From Octopus vulgaris (lineage: Eukaryota): DNA of 64,000 nucleotides. Shown here one piece after another: positions 41,551 to 53,939 of the stretch. The stretch is from the NCBI GenBank assembly GCA_951406725.2, contig OX597816.1:29698001-29762000 (forward strand), read 5' to 3'. The notes under the pieces were generated by a model. That model worked only from the letters and a program-made list of their open reading frames with translations, made no database searches and was not told the DNA's origin. Positions within the stretch are counted from its first letter, which is position 1, and every line of letters begins with the position of its first letter. The translations under genes were made by a program, and so were the position numbers.

Positions 41551-41716
41551 AGGCGCAGGAGTGGCCGTGTGGTAAGTAGCTTGCTTACCAAGCACATGGG
41601 TCCGGGTTCATTCCCACTGCGTGGGATCTTGGGCAAGTGTATCCTACTATAGCCTCTAGCCTTCCAAACCCTTGTGAGTGGATTTGGTAGATGGGAACTG
41701 AAAGAAGCCCGTCGTA

Positions 41717-41781
<65 letters not shown>

Positions 41782-42004
41782 GTGTGTGTGTGTGTGTTGT
41801 GTTTGTGTGTCTGTGTTTGTCCCCGCAACATCGCTTGACAACGGATGCTGGTGTGTTTACATCCCCGTAACTTAGTGGTTCGGCAAAAATGAAACCGATA
41901 GAATAAGTACTAGGCTTACAAATTCCTGGTGTCGATTTGCTCGACTAAAGACGGTGCTCCGGCATGGCCGCAGTCAAATGACTGAAACAAGTAAAAGAGT
42001 AAAA

Positions 42005-42005
<1 letters not shown>
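41551..42005 (+). mobile_element. Full-length SINE family B
   Basis: Matches 15517-15925 (reverse complement), with expanded internal (TA)n. Confidence 0.92.
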
Positions 42006-42050
<45 letters not shown>

Positions 42051-42056
<6 letters not shown>

Positions 42057-42167
42057 ATGACGTGACCGACCAGACCATCAGATGTTGTTACACATCGCTG
42101 GTCACAATGCGTTCGCATTGTTTTAGCCTTCGAATGACGCCACCCCGCTGGCTAAGCGAGCAGGCCA

Positions 42168-42168
<1 letters not shown>
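42051..42168 (-). mobile_element. SINE family C tail type 1, solo
   Basis: Matches the 3' tail of 50598-50908. Confidence 0.88.
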
Positions 42169-42198
<30 letters not shown>

Positions 42199-43294
42199 GA
42201 GAGAGAGAGAGAGAGCAATGGAGGAAGAAGAGATTGAAGAAAGAAGAAATATAAAAAACTATTTACGTTTTCTGATGTCTTGTTCATACTTGGTTGCTTC
42301 TCCTGGTTACAGACAACCTTCTTAAAAATAGAGAAAGACAGTGGAAGAGGTATATCTAAATAAGCAACACAATACAGCAATACATTCAATTTCTCACTAG
42401 AGATTAAATGTCCGCCAGATGTTCTTTTGCAACTTGATTTATAGCTGACAACTGAAAGTCAATAGATTTCCATCGACTCGTGTCTTAATCGTTTTTTCAT
42501 TTAACAGTTTGTTGCTGTACATAATGAAGTTCTACTTAAATTATCCTGTGAGCTATGTTTTCAACTGTTTATACCATTCGCCTCCTCATTTCTATTTATC
42601 CGTATTTGTGTAATGACGGTAGTTATTTAACAGTATTATTGTTATTGTTTCTGTTTGGGTTGTGATTCACGTAGTTTAACAGCTTAACAGCCTTCTCCAA
42701 GGCATAATCCTCTGGGGGTGTTGATACATTTATGTAACGTAAAGTTTTGTTGGTTGCGTTTGTTATGTGGAGCAATATATTTCTTTCCTACGAATGTAGA
42801 TTGCTAGCGTAACTTCCTTACACTGAACTGTAATCCGATTTATGTAACCGAGCGAGGTATTGCCGATAGCACTTTATTTCTTCAATTCATTTATTAATTT
42901 ATTTTAGAGTTGATACTAGACTTGATTTTATCTCAGTGTCCAATAGAATTCCTCGCGGCAGTTCTCCTATGTGTGATCGATGCTACGGCTTCCTGCCCTA
43001 CTATAGCGCAAGTAGTAGTAACATCCAGATTATTTACAATTATGATTTTGCTGCTTAAATCACACCTATGTTCTCCTCAAAGCGGGCGATATTGATAGAA
43101 AGTGTTTATGAGAAATCATTGATTACAAGTAAGAAATATAAATTATGCATGCATGCTTGTGTGTTCCTGTATGTCTATATATACCGTATGTCTATATATA
43201 TATATAAAATTACTGTACATTTAAACACAAAAGAGGTGACCCTAACAGGACACCTTACATGCTAAAAGTAACAGTCAAAATCCAACCCGCGACA

Positions 43295-43490
43295 CCGATG
43301 ATATCCAAAGGAAAGACAAACGTCGATTCTACTTGGCACCAGTGTCATCGCAACTCATTACTACATCTGAGTGAACTGGAGCAAATAAAGTGTTTTGCTT
43401 GAGAACACAACACACTGCCTAGCCCTGGAATCGAACTCACTACCTTTTGGTTGATAGTTCAACGCTCTAGCCACTGAGTCATGCACCTTC
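43295..43490 (-). mobile_element. SINE family D, decayed
   Basis: GGTGCATGACTCAGTGG...GAGTTCGATTCC...GTGTTCTCAAGCAAAACACTTTAT. Confidence 0.78.
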
Positions 43491-43659
43491 ATATATATAG
43501 TGACATTTATAATTTTCCGTTTTCGTAAAACATTTCACACTGCCGTCTATATTTATTTTCTGTATACACATTAGCGATTCGCTAAATCAACCCTAAATGT
43601 TTACGGTGCAAATATATGAACTGACAGAGAATTCAATCCGGAATCTCCTGAAGTCGAGC

Positions 43660-43725
43660 CAACCCTTACTGATGAGACAACGGAAATAGCCGAAACTGAC
43701 CGCTTTAGAGCGATTATAGTCCATG
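43660..43725 (+). ncRNA. Degenerate hammerhead-ribozyme motif
   Basis: CTGATGA-(GACAA..TAGCC)-GAAAC-(..CGCT TTAG AGCG..AGT)-C; stems I and II imperfect. Confidence 0.45.
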
Positions 43726-43909
43726 TCAATACGTATGTATACAATTATGTGCTTTGACTAGAGCATTACAGCAGCATTTTAGCTCTTCTTTCTAGCAATG
43801 TAGGTGCTTCTAACACCCTTGTCTCATTTAGTGTCAATTATAGTTTTCCTTTTTGGTAAAACATTGCAAACTGCTGTCTATATCAATTTTCTTTGTGTAT
43901 GTGTGTATA

Positions 43910-44026
<117 letters not shown>

Positions 44027-44137
44027 GGGAATATAGTTCCAAACTTACAATTTCAATTTAGCTATTCTAAATCAAATTTCACAATATATAATATATGTAT
44101 AAAAATTAGGGAAAAACTTCTATTAAATAATTCAATA

Positions 44138-44308
44138 GTGAAAGACGTTATTCCTATCATATAGAAAAAGTTAAATCTAGTATAGAAAGCATTATTCTAA
44201 AAATCAATAAAGTATCTACTATTTAGTGTTTATGCACTCTATTGATTTTTAGAATAGTGTTTTCTATAGTATCTTTAACTTCTATATGGTGGGAATAACG
44301 TCTTTCAC
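44138..44308. repeat. Inverted repeat with about 75-bp arms
   Basis: GTGAAAGACGTTATTCC..CATATAGAA...CTAAAAATCAATA versus the reverse complement at 44236-44308. Confidence 0.88.
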
Positions 44309-44702
44309 ATTTATTCAACTATCTCCTTCGCATTTATATATTAACAGTTTAGATCTTAATTATTATTTTTAAAAAAATATGAAACGATTATTCTATGCTA
44401 ATTTAGTTAATTTTGTCAGGCTTTCTTTTCAATTTGTAAAATAGAAATTTAAATGTAATAAAATGTTTTGAAAGAAATTTAAAGTGTCTACGTGATAACT
44501 GTAAACGTACTTTTCAGCCATTCTGCATATATAATTCAAAAAACATTACCAGTGAAATTTTATTCTCCTCTTGTACGAAAAAGGTATTTAAATAACACTG
44601 GAAATTAATACTGCTGCAAAATAAACGCTGCATACACAAAAATACATTTGAAAAATTAATCATGACTTCGAACCCTAGATCAATATATATTCTATTTAAT
44701 TG

Positions 44703-45085
44703 GAAGCACTCCGTCGGTTACGACGATGAGGGTTCCGGTTGATCCGAATCAACGGAACAGCCTGCTCGTGAAATTAACGTGTAAGTGGCTGAGCACTCCA
44801 CAGACACGTGCACCCTTAACGTAGTTCTCGGGAATATTCAGCGTGACACAGAGAGTGACAAGGCCGGCCCCTTGAAATACAGGTATAACAGAAACAGGAA
44901 GTAAGAGTGAGAGAAAGTTGTGGTGAAAGAGTACAGCAGGGATCACCACCATCCCCTGCCGGAGCGTCGTGGGACTTTTAGGTGTTTTCGCTCAATAAAG
45001 ACTCACAACGCCCGGTCTGGGAATCGAAACCGCGATCCTATGACCGCGAGTCCGCTGCCCTAACCACTGGACCATTGCACCTCCA
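44703..45085 (-). mobile_element. SINE family C, tail type 2, with 12-bp TSD
   Basis: tRNA-Arg head; TSD ATTCTATTTAAT at 44689-44700 and 45089-45100. Confidence 0.93.
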
Positions 45086-45557
45086 CTCATTCTATTTAAT
45101 AAAATTATAAAAACCACAAAACGTTAAATCAACCCTCTGTCGTGACGTTATCTCAAAAAGGTTTTTCTGCCCAATATATTTCCAAAATATATCACACACG
45201 CCATCGATTCCAATCATATGCAGCATACTTGTGAGATTATCAAAAAATCTTGACAGTGCGCCAAAATCTGGTTCTGTGTCTTTAAGCAATGGCTCTCAGT
45301 TTAAACAGGTAAGGTATTAAATAATACACTTCAAGCATTGTTCACATGAGCAGTCGTTTTAATAATTTACCTATGGATTGGCTCATTACCAGTTAGAAGT
45401 TATCGAAAATTATGTAAATAAGTACATGTATAGATCGATATATATGAACGAAGGCTTCTATCCAAAGAGATTTTCAATCCAATATTTTAACAAGCTATTA
45501 TTTATAACTTTATAAGTACTTTGAGAACAGATTTCTACAAAAGACTGTTTGTATGTG

Positions 45558-45905
45558 TGTGACTATGTGGTAAGAAGCTTGCTTCCCAAACATATGGTTT
45601 CGAGTACTGTCTCGCGGCGTCACTTTAGGCAAATGATTTCCACTATAGCGGTGGGCCGACAAAAGCCTTGTGAATGGACTTGGTAGACGGAAACTGAAAG
45701 AAGCCTGTCATATATATACATGTGTGTGTGTGACTTTCTGAACGTGTTTGTACCCTACGACTGCTTGACAACTAGTATACTGTGTTTACATCCTCACGGT
45801 TCGGCATAAGACGCCGATGGAATATGTGCCTGGCTTTAAAAAGTAGTTCTTCCAAATGGTGCCCTGCATGGCCGCAGTGTAATGATAGAGACAAATAAAA
45901 AGATA
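45558..45905 (+). mobile_element. SINE family B, decayed
   Basis: GGTAGACGGAAACTGAAAGAAGCC core and CATGGCCGCAGT tail. Confidence 0.82.
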
Positions 45906-46031
45906 AGTTATATATATGTATTTATGTATAAATGTATATATATACATACATATATATATATATGAATATATATGTATATATGTATGTGAGTGTGTATACA
46001 TATGTATATATATATATACATATATACATGT

Positions 46032-46065
<34 letters not shown>

Positions 46066-46104
46066 GTATGTGAGTATATATATATATACATATATACATG
46101 TATA

Positions 46105-46165
<61 letters not shown>

Positions 46166-47090
46166 ATAATAAGTAACAGGGATGTCCAGGTATCAGTGCA
46201 TTACGGCCGTTTCAAGCGATTCCATTTAATCGATCAATAAAAACATTATACCAATTTAAAATACACCCCTCTTTTCGGAAGCAGATGACTATACAGATTT
46301 TCATCATAAAGGATAAACCATTATTTTTTTAGCAAAATTTCATGAGTGCAAAATACTAAAATAATTACATTGTTTCAATTTGCTATTTTTGTGGCAGAAT
46401 GAATTTAAGAAAAAAATGTATACTTAAAGCCTACTACAATTTATGGTGGCAGTGGAAATTAAGAAAGAGGAATGGCGATATAGCTACATTTATGTTTATC
46501 TTTATCCCTTTCATATGACTTAATGCAGCCTGTTGTGTACAACACCTTAGAATTTAATCCATTAGGAACTGGCAGTTAAGTTCTTGGTGGTGATAAATTA
46601 ATTAATGTCAGATACTTTCCCCGGCCTCTATTTTTCTGGGACCATTTATGAGCCTTATCTACATAAATGGAAATATCTCAGAGTTGCTAGTAAGATAATG
46701 ACAGATAGAGAAGAGGTGATAATCAGAAAGAGGAAGATGACTATTAAATAAAAGGGACATAGATTGGGAGACAAAGTAGGTCACAATGTGTTCCAAATGT
46801 GGAAATTAAAGTTGAGGGTAATGTGTTTTATTCTAACTTAGCAAAAATTTATATATTACATTAAAACTTAGAGAAGGATTTTAGAGCCATGTAAGAGAAA
46901 AAGGGCAGACAAATCAACCGAAAACTTAAAAGTAGGTACTTTAATACATAAGAGAAAGCCGATAAGGTCTTTTTTCCTAGCATATTGCTAAGGTGCTGAT
47001 GAAAAAGATCTTTTTTTTAGCCTATGCTCAAGTTAAGATTTCATCAGATTTGGAGTACATATTTAAAAATGTGATTGGAGTGAATAATAG

Positions 47091-47132
<42 letters not shown>

Positions 47133-47559
47133 AAGGATATTGTTGTTTACAATAATATCAAGTGGAATAACATACGTTAAAAATATCATAAGGTAAAAAA
47201 TTATTAATTAATAATTATTAATTAATAATTAAGGGTACTACAGGTAGCACCGACACGTTAAAAATAGCAGTCAGAAAACAACTACTATCATAAGCTTTCG
47301 CTGATACACATTAATTGAAGTCGGGGAAATGAGCAAAAATTCAAACCCCCCGTACCAAACACGAAAAGAAACGTAAATTGAAAACCCTTACGATTTCGAA
47401 CTTTGCAGCAGTGCCACTTAGTCCTCATCACTCTATTTGTTTACACTTGCTATGCTACTTAATATTATTGTAAACAATAATATCCTTACATATATATATT
47501 TTTATAATTTATTAGTCTCTCCGATCACTTCTTAAATGTGCTGCGGCATTAAAAACCGT

Positions 47560-48120
47560 TATCACGCACATTTGTTGAGATGGGCAAGTTCTATGACTCT
47601 TGGGTCATTAAGACTCGCTGAGGAGAATTAATTCTCGAGTGATTGCATACAACGCGTTTGACGTCCCCACTGCCTTTATGATGGTATTTGGAGCCGTGGC
47701 GAGTGATAGAAGTGTCATAGATTCACGCTTCATTAGGTCTCTGTTACCTTCGACGGAGCAGAAGTTTGGGCTTGACAATGTGGTGCTTATCAAGGATTCT
47801 ACACCATGCCATGGGTCAACAGCAACACAGACCTTCCTTGGTGAGAAGGTGCCATTTCTTGAGAGGTCCAATATCTGACCCAGCAAGAGCTCAGATCTCA
47901 CTCTTCTAGATTACATTTTATGGGGTGTACTTCAAGTAGGGCCAATGCTTCACCACACTCGAATGTTAACAGTTTGAAGACATTCAACGTGCGTGCAACA
48001 CACAAAATCAAAAAGGCGGAGCTTATGGCAGCTGCAAAAAAAGTTCGTTCACGTGCGGAGCTAGTAATTGCCAAAGAGGGAGGCCATATTGAGTGATAAA
48101 TGTATTTGTTGTAATAAGTG
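47560..48120 (+). mobile_element. Tc1/mariner superfamily (DD37D-like) transposase relic, 3' half
   Basis: MMVFGAVASD, IKDSTPCH, *PSKSSDLTLLDYILWG. Confidence 0.75.
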
Positions 48121-48129
48121 TTACGTTAA

Positions 48130-49190
48130 AATTATTATATCTTATTTATATTATTTACATTCGACGGATATTTGTCCTCATCTTGTTTGTTGTTAACACA
48201 ACGTTTCGGCTGATATACCCTCCAGCCTTCTTCGGGTGTCTTGGGGAAATTTCGAACCTGGGTTCTCATTCCTAAGGTATTTTTCGATGTTATTATTATT
48301 ATTATTATTATTGTTCAAGTCACTGCTTGGAATATTGGGGTTAGTAGCCCGCGCTCTTAACCACTACGCCATATGCCCGTGGGCAATTATGGAGTGAATT
48401 TTAGGGCTTATAAATCTAATATTTTTCTATCCTTCCTTAATACCGGATCCCATATGCTGCTCATATCTGCACTCGGTCTGCTTAGGAGGTTGTTGTGTCC
48501 TAGCATATGTGCTGCTTCTTTTACTTTTCGTATTTTCCAGTGGCGTTCTCTGTCTATTATTTTATCTTCATCCCACAGGGGGAGGTGGTCTCCATTTTTC
48601 CATACCTGATCAGCTATACACGATTTATCAATATCTCCCCGTGTCATAGCTTTGTGATATACCTCTACTCTTATTTTGAGGGGGCGGCATATTCGCCTTT
48701 GTATAACCTACCACAGCTGCATGGGATTGAGTACACACAGTCTTTGGTCATATTCTCTTCTATTGGTGGTTTTATTCGAAGGATATATTTGCGAAGTGTT
48801 GTATTACTCTTGAATACTGTCCTGATGTTATATGGATCGCATATCTTTTGCATCTTTTCGGAGAGGCCTTTCACATAGGGTAGACAGACTGTGGACAGTT
48901 TATTGATTTTATCCTCTCTCTTCTTCATAATTAGAGTAAATAGTATGTTTTTGGGGTAGTTGTTGCTTAACAGATCGTTAATGAGCTTGATCCTTTCTTC
49001 GTGGTGTGTATCACGATCGCTACTTATATCGTTTGCTCGATTTTTTAGGCACTGAGCAATCCATCTCTTTACACTGTATGGATGGTAGGAATTGAAGCTG
49101 AGTTATAGTCTAGTAAAGGTCGGCTTGCGGTATACGGATGTCCTAAATCAATACTTGGTGCGTGTTATTAATATGTTCAGGAATGCGAGT
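48130..49190 (-). mobile_element. 5'-truncated Penelope-like element (RT thumb + GIY-YIG endonuclease + 3' pseudo-LTR)
   Basis: VYRKPT, LPYVKGLSEK, TKDCVYSIPCSCGRLYKGE (GIY-YIG), KSCIADQVW..IIDRE..RKVKEA; hammerhead in the 3' UTR. Confidence 0.92.
48195..48240 (-). ncRNA. Minimal type I hammerhead ribozyme in PLE pseudo-LTR (core U4>C)
   Basis: GACAC-CCGAAGA-A-GGCTG(GAGGGTATAT)CAGCC-GAAACGTT-GTGTT: stem I GACAC/GTGTT, stem II 5 bp, palindromic stem III. Confidence 0.8.
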
Positions 49191-49404
49191 TGATTGTCTT
49201 TTTTCTTTTCCATTGTGAACTATATGGACGGCTTTATGGAGTTAAATATAGAACTATTAAAATTACATCTGTCTACTACCATTATTTTAGTATTTCTAAC
49301 AAGTGTTATGCATCGCAAAAATTTTCTCAGTTTTTATATATATGCATGTATGTATGTATGCATGTACGTACGTACGTACGTACGTATGTATGTATCTATG
49401 TATG

Positions 49405-49462
<58 letters not shown>

Positions 49463-50244
49463 CTGGCAAAAATGTTTACGGGCGGCGAACATAAAAAAAA
49501 ATCCATCTAACTTCTAGGAAGAACATTAAGTAAATGTACAACCTAGATGTGAATAATGTAGGACTTCGCTTTCGAACTTTCCATATTACGTTTGTTACCG
49601 AAATTTTGATTAGGTCCCATCGGCTAGTTTCAATTATATTTCAAATGTCGCTACATTAATGCAAGCATTCACTCGTCTGAACGCCTTGGCGTTAACTGAC
49701 CGAGAACAGTGAAAAAATATTTTCAAAAAAAAAAAATTATTCAATAGTGCAATACAGTAGTATTGCTTCCCAGTAAAACAAAGCGCCATCAGGTTAAAGT
49801 ATAAATATAATATAGTGTTACAACAATGCACCAATATTTGCTGAAAATAGCAGTCGAAAATATACGAATCTATAGTAATCCTAAAAATGTTTACGGTCGA
49901 CGAACATAAAAAAAAATATTTTGCCTGTAGTTGTGAGTACAACGACAAAATGTGTAATATTTTAGAAGTACTCTATTTGTGTTTCCTTGAATTGACACAA
50001 ATGCACAGCTAAGAGGATCCGTGCATCACATACGTATATAAACTGATAAACATGTACGTATGTACTAAAGTATCATGAGCAAGACTTAAGTGAGTGTAAA
50101 TATATCTTCATACAAACCTAACGCCCGGTGGAATTGTGTGAAGAGGTTAAATAAATTTTCCTACATAAAAAAAAAACATACAAATATATATATATAAGAA
50201 TTTTTGCGTAATAAGATTAAAAAAACAAGGCTGTGTAGATGTTT

Positions 50245-50370
50245 GAGCATTTATAGATAGACTGTCTTATCGCTGTTTCTAGGATATTTATTAATTATAT
50301 CCCTTCATCGGTGAAATATATAATTAATAAATATCCTAGAAACAGCTGTAAGACCTATCTATAAATGCTC
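50245..50370. repeat. Hairpin with about 55-bp arms containing a hammerhead-like motif
   Basis: 50245-50300 versus 50318-50370; right arm has GAAACAGCTGTA, minus strand has CCGATGA..GAAAC. Confidence 0.88.
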
Positions 50371-50597
50371 TAATATGTATACACGCTGATATAGAGCCAA
50401 CGTTGAAGCCTTTATTCGCAAAATTACCGAATCTGGAATTTAACTATCGTCTGTCTATAGCACTTATTCAGCATTACCTGACATCTTTGTGTCTCAATGA
50501 CACCATTATCTCTTATAACCTCAACTTCCCGCTATATATACATATATATATGCGTGAGTGTGTGTGTGTGTGTGTGTATGTGTGTGTGTGTGTGTGT

Positions 50598-50903
50598 GGA
50601 GGCGCAATAGCCCAGTGGTTAAGGCAGTGGATTCGCGGTCGTAGGATCGCAGTTTCGATTCACAGACCGGGCTTTGTGAGTGTTTATTAAGCGAAAACAC
50701 CTAAAGCTCCACGACGCTCCGGCAGGGGGTGGTAGCGATGCGTGCTGTACTCTTTCGCTACAACTTTCTCTCACTCTTTCTTCTGTTGGCCTGCTCGCTT
50801 AGCCAGCGGAGTGGCGTCATTTGAAGGCTAAAACAATGCGAACCGCATTGTGACCAGCGATATGTAGCAACATCTGATAGTCTGGTCGGCCACGGTGATC
50901 ACG

Positions 50904-50908
<5 letters not shown>
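50598..50908 (+). mobile_element. SINE family C, tail type 1
   Basis: tRNA-Arg head GGAGGCGCAATAGCCCAGTGG; tail ends in CACGGTGAT repeats. Confidence 0.93.
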
Positions 50909-50947
<39 letters not shown>

Positions 50948-52072
50948 TGTGCGTTTGTGTGTACGCGCGCGCGTGTACATATGTGTTCTCGCGGTTTCAA
51001 CACTCTCCACATGGTATATTCATAATTAACATCAGCGAGTCGTTTTTCACGAAAGTGCGAATAATCAACGAAAAAGACAGCATCTGGTACATGACATAAA
51101 AGGAACTTTCGTGATAGCATATCATGCTAAATCTCTACACGCCTACATAGGCAGAAGCACAATTTTGAGTATACCAAAATACAGGCACACAAATTCATGC
51201 ACACTGCATACATACACACTGACACTCACACACACACATAGACATATCACTAAAGCTTGTGTTTGTGTGTGTGTGTTTTTGTGCGTGTGTGTTTGTAAGT
51301 ACAATTAAAATAAACTTCCATTACACTCACTGAGAGCAAGTTTCATTTAGTGCTTTCCATGCGCGCTTGAAATAGCTTCGTGCGTTTGTCGACAGGTACA
51401 TGGGGATTTCTTTTATAGGATGATTAAATGTCTCACAGCCCTGCCGGGATATGCGACGCAGTTTATTTCATACTCTACTTGAGATTTCTTGCTACCCTTT
51501 ATTCTATTTTTATTTTCAGTTACCTATTTCATTTTATTTATTTATTTATTTAGTTATTTATTTATTTATTTATTTATTTCGTCTACTACCTTTTCTCTAA
51601 ATTGAGTATTTTCGATTTCAGAATACGAAACAAGAACATTTCGTGACATTGTAATTTTACCTTATTTTCAAAGGAGGAATACCAGCCAGCATTGGCAAGA
51701 TACTACAATCATGCATTTCTTCAAAAGTTACTACTTTTAAATGAATTTCCCAACCAAAAAGAAATACTTTCAACTATCTAAAACTAAGCTAAGAAAAACT
51801 CCATTATCCGTGGCTATTAAATAACCATAGAATTGCTCGTATAATTTGTGGTATGTTTTTACAGTGGAATACTGCCAGTTACTAAAATGGCTGGAAACTC
51901 ACATCTCAGTCGAGATTAACATTGAGTTGGCATTTTATCCGTTTCTAAGATTGCTTACTCAAGAACATGAAGACAAGGCAGACGTTTATTTGTTTGCTTG
52001 TATTTTTCTGTTTCGATTTATTATTCACCCTCTCCATATTTCACCACGTAAATACATATACATACATTCATA

Positions 52073-52476
52073 TACTCTTTTACTTTTTTACTTGTTTCAG
52101 TCATTTGACTGTGGCCATGCTGGAACACCGCCTTTAGTCGAGCAAATCGACCCCGGGACTTATTCTTTGTAAGCCTAGTACTAATTCTATCAGTCTCTTT
52201 TGCCGAACCGCTAAGTTACGGGGACGTAAACACACCAGCATCGGTTGTTAAGTGATGTTGGGGGGACAAACACAGACACACAAACATACACACACACATC
52301 TATACATATATGCGACGGGCTTCTTTCAGTTTCCGTCTACCAAATCCACTCACAAGGAATTGGTTGGCCCGAGGCTATAGTGCAAGACACTTACCCAAGG
52401 TGCCACGCAGTGGGACTGAACCCAGAACCATGTGGTTGGTAAGCAAGCTACTTACCACACAGTCACCCCTACGCCT
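52073..52476 (-). mobile_element. Full-length SINE family B
   Basis: Matches 15517-15925. Confidence 0.92.
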
Positions 52477-53154
52477 ATTATATATTTATATATATCTTTT
52501 ATCATTTATCATTCACATGTTTGAGTCATTAGACTGCGGCCATGTGGTGGCACTACCTTGTAGAATTTTAGTCGAAGGAGTCCATCCCGAACTTGTGCGT
52601 TTTTGTAGGCCTAGTATTTATTATATTGGTTCTTTTGCCAAACCGCTAAGCAGTGAAGCACACCAACACTAATTTATATATAGCTATGGACTGGCAATTC
52701 AGTTAGTCTCCGCTTCGATTCAGGTACATGAGGTTGATAATATTGATAAGCCACAAAAATGGTGAAATATCAATATCCATCACTACTGAATTTGATGCAG
52801 GGCATGTTGTCTTTCTTGTCTATGAATTTCTAGTGTTTTAACACCCACTGCTATGTGTGAGTCACCCTTCAGACACTTTGTGGAAGCGAACAGGCGAACA
52901 AGCAAAGTACATACATTAAGCATGTCCGAATGATAATATATAGAGATAGTAAGGGAGAAAGAAACAGATATATATATATAAATTAAATTAGAGATAAAAT
53001 CACTATTATGCAAATCAAACAATGAAAAACATAAACCAAAACATAAAAATAAATATAATTAATATAATATACAAAATATATAAAATATAAAATTTAAATT
53101 ATTTAAATTTAAAATTTCTAATTTATATTTATAAATTTTTATATTTTTTATATA

Positions 53155-53224
<70 letters not shown>

Positions 53225-53281
53225 AAGAGAGAGATGCATAGAAACACAAACAAACATACCTCTCTCTCTCTCTCTCTCTCT

Positions 53282-53326
<45 letters not shown>

Positions 53327-53939
53327 TGTTAGCCTGTTAGCATATGGAGAATCACATGATATCTAATGTGATATATAAATTTAATAGCATACATAAAGTT
53401 TTTAAACTTGACAACTCCAACTATTATAAAGGTTATAAAATTACAAGATTTTACTTCAGGCTCACCATGAATTTAACACAAGCAACAGTAATGCTCTCGG
53501 TATTCAGCAAATCTACAGAATCCAAAATTCCTCACAAAAATAGAAGATTAATGTTGAAAACAATAATCATTGAACATCACAATGTTATAATAGAGATACT
53601 GATAATATGTTTTAATGGGAAACAAGACAAACAGCTGATTGATTATCTATATATAATTAACGTTTAAAATTTTATTTCGATGGTAATGTTAATACTATCT
53701 ACAGTGGCTGTGTGTTTGATACAGTGGCAACCACACAGGGTTACTTAACTTTATCCAGAAGACAACACTGTCAAGGTCGAGAAACAGTGATAATGGAATT
53801 GGGAATTTTATTGCTACGAACAAACTACGAGGTAGTATCGCAAAATATGTAAAATACACACGTGATTTTAATACAATATAAATGTGCACTTTTGTGTGTG
53901 TATAAATGTACCCCCAATATGAAGATCATGAGTACACGC

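Noticed and set aside
50598-50670. Functional tRNA-Arg gene (and other tRNA-like heads)
   Set aside because: Acceptor stems do not pair and the heads continue into SINE bodies
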